Part shown: positions 36,619-45,589 of the stretch, piece by piece
Layout of the letters: each line of letters starts with the position of its first letter
Numbering within the stretch: the stretch's first letter is position 1
From: an uncultured delta proteobacterium
Lineage (GTDB): Bacteria > Desulfobacterota > Syntrophia > Syntrophales > CAMTWB01
DNA: 64,000 bases
Reading direction: 5' to 3'
NCBI GenBank assembly: GCA_947085375.1
Contig: CAMTWB010000005.1
Location: 1,023-65,022 of the forward strand
Position numbers and translations under genes: made by a program
Notes under the pieces: generated by a model
Seen by the model: only the letters and a program-made list of their open reading frames with translations
The model's database searches: none
What the model was told of the DNA's origin: nothing

Positions 36619-37771
36619 CAACCTTGATAAAGGCTGCCAGCGCCGATTCCATATCTTCCGGACTATGAGCAGCCGACGCGGTGATTCTTATCCGGGCGCC
36701 TCCGTTGGGTACGGTGGGCGGCCGGATCGGCTTCACCAAGAGCCCCTCTTTCAAGAGCTGCGCCGCCAGCAGAACGGCCTTTGCGGTTTCTCCCACCATC
36801 AGGGGAATGATCGGCGTTTCCGTGGGTCCGATCTGAAACCCCATCTTGCGCAGGTTATAAAGCAGGGTATGTGTGTTGTCAAAAAGCTTTTCTCTTAGCC
36901 GGGGACTATTTACCGTCAGGTCAATGGCGGCAATATTGGCGGCCAGGATGGAGGGGGGAAGGGCGGTGCTGAAGATCAAACTGCGGGCGCGGTTGACCAA
37001 AAAATCGATCAGATCATTGCTTCCGGCGACAAATCCGCCCAAACTGCCGAGGGCTTTGCTGAATGTTCCCACGGTGGCATCAATTTCGCCGACAATGTTC
37101 AAATGCTCAGCCAGGCCCCCACCAGACCTGCCCAAGACTCCAGTGGCGTGGGCGTCATCGACAATCAGCAGGCAGCCATATTTTTTTCTGATTGCAACCA
37201 GCCTCTCCAAGGGAGCCAGATCGCCATCCATGCTGAAAACGCAATCGGTGATAACAATGGCCTTGCCCGAAGCAGGACGAAGGGATAGCAACTCTTCCAG
37301 ATGATCCATATCATTGTGCCGATAGACGAACAGTTGCCCGCGTGACATCCGGATACCGTCGATGATGCTGGCATGGTTGAGCTCATCGGAAAATATGCAA
37401 TCCCCCTTGGCGGCGATCGCTGAAATCACTCCTGTATTTGCCATGTAGCCGGATGCAAACACGACTGCGGCCGCTGTTCCCTTGAAACGGGCGATTCTCT
37501 CTTCCAACTGTTCGTAGAGTTCATGGTTGCCGCAGATCAAGCGGGAGGCCCCGGCTCCGACACCCCAGCGGCGGGTTGCTTCAATCGCCGCTTCCTTGAG
37601 CTCCGGCTGTTGCGACAGGCCCAAATAATCGTTGCTGGAGAGGTTCAAAAATAGTTTGTCGCCGCTGGCAATCCTCCCCTCGGGCAGTTGCACGACGGGC
37701 TGGAGAAACCGGTTCAGGCCTTGGGCATGCAGGTTATTGATAACTTGACGGAAAAAATGGTGGTCGTTCAT
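36569..37771 (-). CDS. bioF: 8-amino-7-oxononanoate synthase; the last 16 codons and the stop are repeat-derived
   Basis: PLP-enzyme motifs DDAHATGVLG and TFSKALGSLGG. The C-terminal AEAVKSRQNVSLGAAL is encoded inside the family B element. Confidence 0.88.
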   Translation of the reverse strand: MNDHHFFRQVINNLHAQGLNRFLQPVVQLPEGRIASGDKLFLNLSSNDYLGLSQQPELKEAAIEATRRWGVGAGASRLICGNHELYEQLEERIARFKGTAAAVVFASGYMANTGVISAIAAKGDCIFSDELNHASIIDGIRMSRGQLFVYRHNDMDHLEELLSLRPASGKAIVITDCVFSMDGDLAPLERLVAIRKKYGCLLIVDDAHATGVLGRSGGGLAEHLNIVGEIDATVGTFSKALGSLGGFVAGSNDLIDFLVNRARSLIFSTALPPSILAANIAAIDLTVNSPRLREKLFDNTHTLLYNLRKMGFQIGPTETPIIPLMVGETAKAVLLAAQLLKEGLLVKPIRPPTVPNGGARIRITASAAHSPEDMESALAAFIKVAEAVKSRQNVSLGAAL

Positions 37772-37772
37772 T

Positions 37773-38738
37773 TCAGGGGAGTTCCAGGCCCAAGTCGATA
37801 ATTAGTCGGCGATCATCTTCGGGGTTTCTCCCCTGGGTGGTAAGATAATTTCCCGTCATAAGTCCATTGGCTCCTGCCAGCAGCAGCAGGGGATGTGTTT
37901 CCCTTAGGTTCAGCATCCGGCCGCCGCAGATGATTATATCCTTATCTTTCAATATCAGGCGGTATATCGCCAGGGTTTTCAATATTTCCAGCGGCTCCAG
38001 GCAGCCGAAGTTTTCCAGGGGGGTCTTCATTATCGGATTGAGAAAGTTCATCGGGACGGAATCCACGTTCAGATCGGCTAGGGTCAAGGCCAGTTCAATA
38101 CGATCCCGACGGCTTTCGCCAAGCCCGAAGATGCCGCCGCAGCAGACGTAAAACCCTAGTTCTTTGGCGGCTTTTACGGTATCTACATCCTCCTGGTAAT
38201 CATGGGTGCTGCAGATGCGGGGGAAGAAATTGCGCGATGTTTCGAGATTGTGATGATACTTATTCAGGCCGGCCTGCCTGAGTTCATGGAGAGTGTCGGG
38301 ATCGAGAATTCCCAGCGAGGCGCAGGGCGCAATGCCCAGTTGTTTTATCCCGGCAATGGACGTCGTTATCGTCGTGATCTCATCCTTGTTTTTTATCCCC
38401 TTGCCACTGGTGACAATCCCAAACTCGCGGGCCCCGTCCTGGTGGGCCTTCTGGGCGGCGGCTACTATTGTTTCTTCCGGCAGAAGCGGATAGGTGGAAA
38501 TATCGGTTGGGTAATGGGACGACTGGGCGCAGAATTTGCAGTCCTCGCTGCACCGGCCGGACTTGGCATTGACGATGGAGCAAAGGTTCACCTTGCGGCC
38601 CTTATATTTGAGTCTGACCTGGTGAGCAGCGGACAGCAGATCGAGAAAATCTTCCGGGGGCAGTTCGTAGAGTTCGAGGGCTTCCCCGACTGTGGGCAGC
38701 CACTGGTCAGCAAATGCTTTTTTAATATTGTCATTCAT
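37773..38738 (-). CDS. bioB: Biotin synthase
   Basis: Radical-SAM cluster motif CSEDCKFCAQ. 321 aa. Lies 1 nt upstream of bioF. Confidence 0.9.
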   Translation of the reverse strand: MNDNIKKAFADQWLPTVGEALELYELPPEDFLDLLSAAHQVRLKYKGRKVNLCSIVNAKSGRCSEDCKFCAQSSHYPTDISTYPLLPEETIVAAAQKAHQDGAREFGIVTSGKGIKNKDEITTITTSIAGIKQLGIAPCASLGILDPDTLHELRQAGLNKYHHNLETSRNFFPRICSTHDYQEDVDTVKAAKELGFYVCCGGIFGLGESRRDRIELALTLADLNVDSVPMNFLNPIMKTPLENFGCLEPLEILKTLAIYRLILKDKDIIICGGRMLNLRETHPLLLLAGANGLMTGNYLTTQGRNPEDDRRLIIDLGLELP

Positions 38739-38844
38739 GGTTTTTCGTCCTTTAACCTATCAGTGATTGATCGGAATGCGTCAAACGGGGGGCGCAGGCT
38801 CCCGGCTCCAGGTTAAACAAGAAGGCAGGGAATGAAGTGCTTAC

Positions 38845-40218
38845 TCATTTCAACCGCGGCGACCAGGAGGGGGAAAGGTAATTATCCGGGCCCTCCTGAA
38901 GGATTCGTAGATTTGTTCCATTGGCATTAATAATGGCAATCTTGGCTTTGCCGTCTTTTTTTGATGTAAAGGCGATGTATTTGCCGTCGGGCGACCAGGA
39001 GGGGCTCTCATTGTTGCCTTCGGTCGTAAGCTGGATGGGGTTGAGTCCGTCTTCGTCTACACTGAAGATTTGGAAGCGGCCCCCCACCATGCCCTCATAT
39101 GCGATTTTGCCGCCCTTCGGCGACCAGGAGGGAGAGGTGTTATAGTTGCCGTCGAAGGTCAGCCTCCTTACGTTGCTGCCGTCAGCATTCATGACATATA
39201 TCTGGGGTGAACCAGCCCGGTTCGAAACGAAGGCGATTTGCTGGCCGTCCGGTGAGTAGCAGGGCGACACGTCGATTGCAAAATGATTGGTCAGGCGGGT
39301 TAGCTGCAAGCCGTCAATGTTCATGCTGTAAATTTCTTCATTGCCGTCGATACTTAAAGTCAAAAGCAGCTTTTTGCCGTCCGGCGACCAGGTTCCCGGC
39401 AGATTAATTCCCCGGAAGCCCATGATCTTCCTGGTTGTCCCGGCGCCAACCAGGGAACGGAAGTACAGGTCAGGATTGTCCTCCTGGAAAGAGGTAAAGG
39501 CCATGGTCTTGCCATCGGGGGACCATTTGGGCGCCAAGAGCAGCGAAGGGACTTCGATGATCTTGGTCAGGTTCGTGCCGTCGAAGTTAATGACGGAGAT
39601 TTCTGAAGTCTTGCCTCTTCTGCTGACAAAGGCGATTTTGGAATCATAAATGCTGCCGTCTCCGGTGAAGTTGGCCAGCACCTCGCTTGCGAAACGCTGC
39701 ACCATAATTTTACGGTCCTCCGGGCTTCCGGAATAGCGTTTTCCCACCAGGAGCTCCCCCTTGATTAAGTCATAAAGGCGCAGCTCGACGCTCACCTCCG
39801 GCCCGAGCTGCTGGATGCGGCCATTTATCAGATACTCGGCGCCGATTAAGCGCCACTCAGTGAATCTGATGAAGTCCAATGGTGCACGGTTGCGGTCAAC
39901 AGCGGTTTGTTTTCCCGCCTGGATGTTGAATATGCCGGTGATATTGAGCAGACGGGTTAGCTCATTGGAAAACCATCCCAGCATTTCATCCGTGGGCAGT
40001 CTATCCTGGCCCTGTCTTTGGAAATCGGAGATAGCCAGGGGGATTCTTTGGAAGGTCGGCGAGTCGATGTCGATGTAAACTCTGTTGGCCAATCCTTCCG
40101 AGACGCCCGCCACTAAAATTATGGCCAAGGCTATGATTATCGCGGCAACGTTGCCTTTGGGCTTTCGTATCGTCATATTATCTCTCATGGTCATTACCAA
40201 TGGTCTCCTTTTTTGCAA
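38845..40218 (-). CDS. tolB: Tol-Pal system beta-propeller protein
   Basis: Repeated SPxWSPDG blades, N-terminal signal/anchor and tolQRA context. Confidence 0.88.
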   Translation of the reverse strand: MQKRRPLVMTMRDNMTIRKPKGNVAAIIIALAIILVAGVSEGLANRVYIDIDSPTFQRIPLAISDFQRQGQDRLPTDEMLGWFSNELTRLLNITGIFNIQAGKQTAVDRNRAPLDFIRFTEWRLIGAEYLINGRIQQLGPEVSVELRLYDLIKGELLVGKRYSGSPEDRKIMVQRFASEVLANFTGDGSIYDSKIAFVSRRGKTSEISVINFDGTNLTKIIEVPSLLLAPKWSPDGKTMAFTSFQEDNPDLYFRSLVGAGTTRKIMGFRGINLPGTWSPDGKKLLLTLSIDGNEEIYSMNIDGLQLTRLTNHFAIDVSPCYSPDGQQIAFVSNRAGSPQIYVMNADGSNVRRLTFDGNYNTSPSWSPKGGKIAYEGMVGGRFQIFSVDEDGLNPIQLTTEGNNESPSWSPDGKYIAFTSKKDGKAKIAIINANGTNLRILQEGPDNYLSPSWSPRLK

Positions 40219-40232
40219 AGCTGGGGAAACTT

Positions 40233-41015
40233 TTACCGCCTCATCAAATCAGAGGAGTGAAATCGGATGCCGATTTCAATTCCCCCCTTGGCCCATTCCG
40301 GCAGGGGAGGGAGGGGGGAAGCCTTCTTTATCGCTCGGATGGCCGCTTCATCGAACTGATTATTACCTGATCTTTCCTCAAACGACAGGTCCGTAACCGA
40401 GCCGTTGGCGGCCAGTTTAACTACCACCGTGGCCGAAGTGCTGCCCTTGGGCGCATGCAGGGCGGGGATGGTCCAATGTCCCTTTATTGCCGTCCATAGC
40501 TGGGTAATGTAGGCCTGCATCATGGCGCTCATTTCCGCATCGGTCACAACGGGGTTGGCGGCGGGTTCCCCTTTGCTTTCCTCCCTAGCCGAGCCTCTGG
40601 CCGAAGGCGTGGACGGGGCAGGGGATGAAGATGGCGGTACGGACGCCGCCGCCTTGGCTCTTAATTCGTCGGGAATCTTTGGAATCGCGCCGGTATCTTT
40701 TCTGGCGATCTCAATTGGCCTCAATGGTTCCGTAGGCGTCAAGTCGATTGGTTTGCGAAGGGAAATTGCCGGATGCCGTGATAGCGTCTCCGGCATGAAG
40801 CTTCTGCTGCCTATCTTTTGAAGATTGCGGGCTGCGGAGAGGCTGGCGGAACTGACCAACTCCACTGTATGAATCGGGCCGAAGGTCCATTTCGGTTTTT
40901 CCCTAAAGGAGACGCTTACGGCCAGATATAAAAACAGCAGGTGCAACATGACGGATGCCAATAGCATACCACCCATTCGCATTCCCGCTCGGTTTTTAAA
41001 AGTATCGGAGAACAT
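40233..41015 (-). CDS. tolA: TolA/TonB-family energy-transducer protein
   Basis: N-terminal TM anchor, Pro/Ala/Ser-rich linker and a TonB_C/TolA_C-like C-terminal domain. Positioned between tolR and tolB. Confidence 0.65.
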   Translation of the reverse strand: MFSDTFKNRAGMRMGGMLLASVMLHLLFLYLAVSVSFREKPKWTFGPIHTVELVSSASLSAARNLQKIGSRSFMPETLSRHPAISLRKPIDLTPTEPLRPIEIARKDTGAIPKIPDELRAKAAASVPPSSSPAPSTPSARGSAREESKGEPAANPVVTDAEMSAMMQAYITQLWTAIKGHWTIPALHAPKGSTSATVVVKLAANGSVTDLSFEERSGNNQFDEAAIRAIKKASPLPPLPEWAKGGIEIGIRFHSSDLMRR

Positions 41016-41440
41016 TACTTCGAAACCTCCGGTGGGTCGGTTATCATGCCCAGTTTATCCACGCCCGCCTTTCTTGCCTCAGCCATTACCTGCACCACGA
41101 AACCGTAGGGGATGTTCTTGTCGGCCCGCAGGTACACTTCCCGGTCTATCCGGCGATCAAATACCTTTTCCAGAGTCCCCCTCAATGCCGGCAGAGTGGT
41201 CTTTTCGCGATCGATAAATATTTCCTGTTCTTGGTTTATCGTCAAAATCAGTTTTTCCTCATGGACATCGATGCTTTTGGCCTTAACCCGTGGCAGATCC
41301 ACATCAATTCCCATCTGGAGCATCGGAGCGGTAACCATAAAAATTATCAGCAGAACCAATATCACATCCACCAACGGAGTGACATTTATTTCCGCAATCG
41401 CCCTTCTCCCATTAAATTTGTTTCGGCTAAGTCTTCCCAT
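41015..41440 (-). CDS. tolR: Biopolymer transport protein ExbD/TolR
   Basis: AEINVTPLVDVILVLLIIFMV motif. 141 aa. Confidence 0.85.
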   Translation of the reverse strand: MGRLSRNKFNGRRAIAEINVTPLVDVILVLLIIFMVTAPMLQMGIDVDLPRVKAKSIDVHEEKLILTINQEQEIFIDREKTTLPALRGTLEKVFDRRIDREVYLRADKNIPYGFVVQVMAEARKAGVDKLGMITDPPEVSK

Positions 41441-41454
41441 ACGGCGTCATTTCT

Positions 41455-41613
41455 GACGACACGGTAAAAAGACCGGATGCGGCGTTGCGCTAAATCCTTC
41501 GTCACTGCGGCGTACCAAAAAGTACGCCTCATTCCTCATGATTTGCGCGCCTTGCCTGCGGTCTTTTTACCGCGTCGTCCCCAAATTATAGTTTTATCGA
41601 CTTTTTACCACAT
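41455..41613 (+). mobile_element. Family B element, copy 3, filling the tolQ-tolR spacer
   Basis: Near-identical to copy 1. Perfect 10-bp direct repeat CGTCATTTCT at 41445-41454 and 41614-41623; the right copy contains the tolQ stop codon. Confidence 0.88.
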
Positions 41614-41615
41614 CG

Positions 41616-42365
41616 TCATTTCTTCGGCTGGTGGCGCTCGACAATATTTAAAAATTCAGAGGAAAAATTATCCATCTCGATGGAAATGTTTTTTATGCGG
41701 TTGAGGTAGTAATTGTAGAAAATAACCGCCGGGATGGCAGCCGCGAGTCCCGCCGCGGTGGCAATGAGGGCCTCCGATATTCCGGGAGCTACTACGGCCA
41801 GGGTAGCCGAACCGCGGGCGCCGATGTTCTGGAAGGTGTTCATAATTCCCCAGACGGTGCCAAAAAGCCCGATGAAGGGGCAGGCGCTCCCGGTGGTGGC
41901 CAGGAACCCAAGCGCCCTTTCCAGCTTGCCAGTTTCGGTATCGCAAGCGCGGTTCATTGCCCGTTCCAACTGATCCATTATCCGGAGTTCAAAGAGGGGT
42001 GAGGTCGCCTCCGGCGCATCTTTGGCAGTGGTATCCTTCCCCGTCTTTGCTATTTTCAAAAGCTCGCCGTATCCCGAGCGGAATACTTCGGCCAGGGTGG
42101 AATTGTGATATTTTTTTGCCAAAGGAAACATGTCTGCAATCCGCGTATTTCTCGCGTATATCGCCAGGAAAGATTCGTTTTCCCTCTTTACCGCTCTTAG
42201 CTGGAAATATTTCATGAAGATTATGGCCCAGGAAATTATCGAGAAAATCAGCAAAAGCGCCAGTACGAACTGAACCATCGGACCGGAGGCAAAAATCATA
42301 TCTATTACGCTGCCGTGGAAATTGCCACTTCCTGACGCGCCAGCCACGGATAAAATCTCTTTCAC
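41616..42365 (-). CDS. tolQ: MotA/TolQ/ExbB proton-channel protein
   Basis: 249 aa with 3 TM segments and a conserved GLFGTVWGIM motif. Confidence 0.88.
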   Translation of the reverse strand: MKEILSVAGASGSGNFHGSVIDMIFASGPMVQFVLALLLIFSIISWAIIFMKYFQLRAVKRENESFLAIYARNTRIADMFPLAKKYHNSTLAEVFRSGYGELLKIAKTGKDTTAKDAPEATSPLFELRIMDQLERAMNRACDTETGKLERALGFLATTGSACPFIGLFGTVWGIMNTFQNIGARGSATLAVVAPGISEALIATAAGLAAAIPAVIFYNYYLNRIKNISIEMDNFSSEFLNIVERHQPKK

Positions 42366-42402
42366 TATATCATCTCCTTATAAACTTTAGATTCTAGGCC
42401 CG

Positions 42403-42720
42403 ATGAAGCGGTAAAAACTCCCCCCGCCCCTCCCCCGGTGGGATGGGGCAGAAGGAGTTGATGGTAAGCATCCGATATATCAACTATTTTCACCCTTGCC
42501 CCAACACTCCCCCATCAAGGGAGAGGGGGCCTTTTGACTTTTTACAGTGCCATCAGGTATGACGAGGCGGTAAAAAAATCCCGATATTGCGTTGCGCTGC
42601 ATCCTTCTCCTGAGGCTTCATCACTCGGATAGGGGGCCTGCGCGCCTTGCCGCAGCCTGTCTTGGCGAAGGCCGGGGGCCTTTTTACTAAGCCGTCCCCA
42701 GGCCAGCGGTTTTTGACTTC
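42403..42720 (+). mobile_element. Family B elements, two adjacent units with divergent interiors (copy 4a/4b)
   Basis: Unit a runs from GATGAAGCGGTAAAAACTC (42403) to GACTTTTTACAGTGCCATC (about 42555) and has a G/C-rich interior. Unit b runs from GACGAGGCGGTAAAAAAATCC to GGCCTTTTTACTAAGCCGTCC and retains TGCGTTGCGCTGCATCC and GCGCGCCTTGCC blocks. Confidence 0.65.
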
Positions 42721-42819
42721 ATGCGAGGTCACTGCATTTCATTAATGAAAAAAACCCCCCTTGTCAATACCTCAAAAAAAATCGATTGGCGCCAGCCAGG
42801 AGCCAAGAGGAGTAGAGCC

Positions 42820-42966
42820 GTAGGGTGCATAGCGAAGCGTAATGCCCCTTCCCCTTTGCTGGTTCAAGCGGCAAGATTGAACCAGCAAAGAAAACGGCCC
42901 TGCCACAGGTGGCCCGTCGCATTTCGCTTGCGGTTAAATTAATAGGGCGCTGTCCCTAATTATCCA
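42820..42966 (+). repeat. Family C composite element, second full copy
   Basis: GTAGGGTGCATAGCGAAGCGTAAT module, 13-bp-stem hairpin (42855-42889) and terminal TAATAGGGCGCTGTCCCTAATTATCC (42940-42965). Collinear with 24081-24234. Confidence 0.8.
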
Positions 42967-42974
42967 GCACGAGA

Positions 42975-43365
42975 CATCGATATTGCCTGCGACGGCATTC
43001 CGGGATGGAAGTTCTTTGAGCTGGCAGCAAGGATTGAAGACGAACTGGACATCCCTTGGCAATGGCGATAACGATCCCACTGACACGAAGGGACATGGGA
43101 CCCATATCTCCGGGATCATTGCAGCCCTCGGGAACAATGGGACCGGCGTGGCCGGGATCGGCTGAAATCTCCAGATCATGCCGCTTAAAGTTCAGGCGGA
43201 TGGCCAATGGGACATGTTGGCTGACGACATCATCGAGGCGATTGACTATGCCATCGCTTGAGGGCGTCCGGATCGTTAATTGCAGCTTTGGCGGCGAGGC
43301 AACCTTCTCGCGGCACGAATATCGGGCCTTTGTGCGTCTCCACCAGGCCGGCATCCTGGCCGTTC
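42975..43365 (+). pseudogene. Subtilisin-family (S8) serine protease fragment, truncated at both ends and frameshifted
   Basis: NGDNDPTDTKGHGTHISGIIAALGNNGTGVAGIG carries the catalytic His motif, then a stop. Other frames give IMPLKV..., DDIIEAIDYAI and VRIVNCSFGG...AGILAV. No Asp-region N-terminus and no Ser-region C-terminus. Confidence 0.8.
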
Positions 43366-43394
43366 AGACTATTCAACTGAGTAGTTATCGGCCG

Positions 43395-44768
43395 CTATCT
43401 CGTCGTCCGCTCTATCAACTGGGGCGTCTCCAGGTCCTCGCCTAAGGCCGCTCCCAGTTCCTTGAATTTCCTGGCGGTCACCAATACCCGGCCCTCCAGC
43501 GATCCCATCGCCTTGTTGTAATACTCTACCGACCTGTCCAGGGATTTCCCCAGAGTGGAAAAATGATCCAGCATGGTTTCAATCCGTTCGTACAACTGTT
43601 TCCCTAGAATTCTTACTTCCTCCGTATTTCTGGTCAAGTGTTCCTGCCGCCAGGCATAGGAAATAAGTTTCAGTAAAGCGATCAGGGTAGTAGGCGTGGC
43701 CAGTACGACCTTGCGCTCGACTCCGTATTCAATCAGCTGCGGGTTCTCGGCCAGGGCAGCGCTGAAAAACGACTCTCCCGGCAGGAAAAGGACGACGAAT
43801 TCCGGGGTTGGGTCACATTGGGCAAAGTACTGTTTATTGCCGAGGATATTTATGTGATTCTGGATTTGCCGGGCATGCTGGCGGAGCCTTTCCCTCCTGC
43901 CTTCTTCGTCTTCCTGCTCCAGGGATTCCAGGTAGGCCATGAGGGGGGCCTTGGCATCCACGACCACGTTTAAGTTTCCCGGCAGGCGGATCATCATGTC
44001 CGGCCTGAGCCTCCCGCCATCGGTGGCATGGGATTTTTGCTCCACGAAATCGCAATGTTCCACCAAGCCGGCCAGTTCCACCGCCCGGCGCAACTGTAAT
44101 TCCCCCCACTTTCCCCGGACAGTGGGCATCTTCAGGGCCTTGACCAGGTTCGCCGTTTCCCGCTGGAGCTGCTGACCGGCCGTCCCCATGGTCTTAATCT
44201 GCTCCATGAGGGTAGCGTAGGAGCCAGCCCGGGTTTTTTCCATTTCGGCAATGGAGCTGTCCACCCGAGCAAGCGATTCCCGCAGCGGCTGCACCAGGTC
44301 GGAAATGGTCTGCTGCCGGTGCTTTAAGTCCGTCAGGGCCGATTCCTGATACCTCTCCAGACTGAGCTTCGCCTGCTCGATAAAGGCCTGATTGTTGGCC
44401 CGTAGGGCTTCGGCGGAAAGAGCCTGGAAGGCGTCTCCCAGCCGCTTTTTGGCCTCTTCCAGAAGAATCATCTTTTCCTGGGCGGCCTTCTGTTGCTCCA
44501 GAAGGCTGGTTTCCAGCCCGGCCAATCTGGTCCTAAGCTGGGTATTCTCTTCTTTGAGCGCTTCGCAGGATCGAGCTTCACGAGCCCTTAGATCGTCCGC
44601 TGCCTGGAGTTGCTCCTCCCGGTGGCGCAAGCGCTCGACCAGGGTCGCCTGTTCCAGGGCTGCCTCCCCTCTACCCCGTTCATAGGACCGGCGGCCCTTC
44701 TGCCACAAGAGCGCCAACGCTGCGAGTAAAACGATCACCAGCGTTATCAGTACCAGCTTCTCTTCCAA
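43395..44768 (-). CDS. rmuC: DNA recombination protein RmuC
   Basis: N-terminal TM segment, long coiled-coil and a C-terminal RmuC nuclease-like domain (VVLFLPGESFFSAAL). Confidence 0.85.
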   Translation of the reverse strand: MEEKLVLITLVIVLLAALALLWQKGRRSYERGRGEAALEQATLVERLRHREEQLQAADDLRAREARSCEALKEENTQLRTRLAGLETSLLEQQKAAQEKMILLEEAKKRLGDAFQALSAEALRANNQAFIEQAKLSLERYQESALTDLKHRQQTISDLVQPLRESLARVDSSIAEMEKTRAGSYATLMEQIKTMGTAGQQLQRETANLVKALKMPTVRGKWGELQLRRAVELAGLVEHCDFVEQKSHATDGGRLRPDMMIRLPGNLNVVVDAKAPLMAYLESLEQEDEEGRRERLRQHARQIQNHINILGNKQYFAQCDPTPEFVVLFLPGESFFSAALAENPQLIEYGVERKVVLATPTTLIALLKLISYAWRQEHLTRNTEEVRILGKQLYERIETMLDHFSTLGKSLDRSVEYYNKAMGSLEGRVLVTARKFKELGAALGEDLETPQLIERTTR

Positions 44769-44874
44769 TTTCGTCCCCCCTCAAAAAATATCTTTCGGTT
44801 TGCTCTTAGCTCCGCCCTCTGACGCAATAGCTATGATATCATGACACACTACTGCCGGAAATTCATCTAATTTT

Positions 44875-45068
44875 GATGACACTTTCCCGAAGTCGTCATT
44901 TTCGATGAAGCGATAAAAAGTCGGCAAAGCTGTGATTTAGGGATGGCGCTGTAAAAAGCGCCTTAAGGCAAGGCGCGCAAATCATGAGGAATGAGGCGTA
45001 CTTCTGGGTACGCCGCAGTGACGAAGGATTTAGCGCAACGCAGCGTATGGACTTTTTACAGTGTCATC
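44875..45068 (-). mobile_element. Family B element, inverted orientation (copy 5)
   Basis: It is the reverse complement of the canonical layout. The tail GATGAAGCGATAAAAAGTCGGCAAAGCTGTGATTTAGGG comes first, then the palindrome ending GGACTTTTTACAGTGTCATC. Confidence 0.8.
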
Positions 45069-45150
45069 ATTTTTCATTTGACAAAAGAGAAAACATGTCT
45101 ATTGTAGGCCAAATTCCGCCGTTCATGAAATGGCAAAAAAGGAGATAATC

Positions 45151-45465
45151 ATGTTTAGCGTAACCCAAAAGGCAGGCGAGGAGCTCAAAAATGTTCTCGC
45201 CAATAGTACCGATGAGATCAAGTCAATACGCATTTTTATGCAGGATGGAGGCTGCGCCGGACCCTCCCTGGGCATGGCCCTTGATGAAGCAGCGACAGAC
45301 GATGAGGTATTTGATGAGCAGGGCATCACCTTCCTGGTAAACAGGCCGCTCTTTGATGAGGTCAAGCCTGTAGTTGTCGATTTCGTCAGCGGACCACAGG
45401 GAACCGGCTTTATCCTGTCCTCCAGTCTGAAAAGCGCCTGCGGCTCCGGTTGCAGTTGCTCGTAA
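45151..45465 (+). CDS. HesB/IscA-like small protein (Cys-containing)
   Basis: MFSVTQKAGEELK...IRIFMQDGGCAGPSLGMALDE has a HesB/IscA-like fold pattern and a Cys-rich C-terminus CGSGCSCS. ATG at 45151 follows AGGAG. Confidence 0.6.
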   Translation: MFSVTQKAGEELKNVLANSTDEIKSIRIFMQDGGCAGPSLGMALDEAATDDEVFDEQGITFLVNRPLFDEVKPVVVDFVSGPQGTGFILSSSLKSACGSGCSCS

Positions 45466-45470
45466 TCCTT

Positions 45471-45504
45471 CCCCGGAGACTCTTGGGGTCTCCGGGGTTT
45501 TTTT
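45471..45504 (+). terminator. Rho-independent terminator
   Basis: CCCCGGAGAC (45471-45480) pairs perfectly with GTCTCCGGGG (45488-45497), followed by TTTTTTT (45498-45504). It starts 6 nt after the stop codon. Confidence 0.85.
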
Positions 45505-45589
45505 ATCCGTGCCAATAACATTGCAAACCACTGTTAATGCCCGCCCGTATAACCACACCAGCACCGGACGGCTATTTTAACCTGCCGTT

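Noticed and set aside
38739-38844. BirA operator upstream of bioB
   Set aside because: Only a distant TTAACC...GGTTAA pair about 50 nt apart is present, and nothing resembles the TGTAAACC-type palindrome. The evidence is insufficient.
36461-41704. ORFs such as 36461-36898 and 41477-41704 that begin MRCCAKS / MRRCAKSFVTAAYQKVRLIPHDLRALP
   Set aside because: They start inside family B repeats. The shared peptide is simply the repeat translated, and the downstream parts run antisense to bioF or tolQ.
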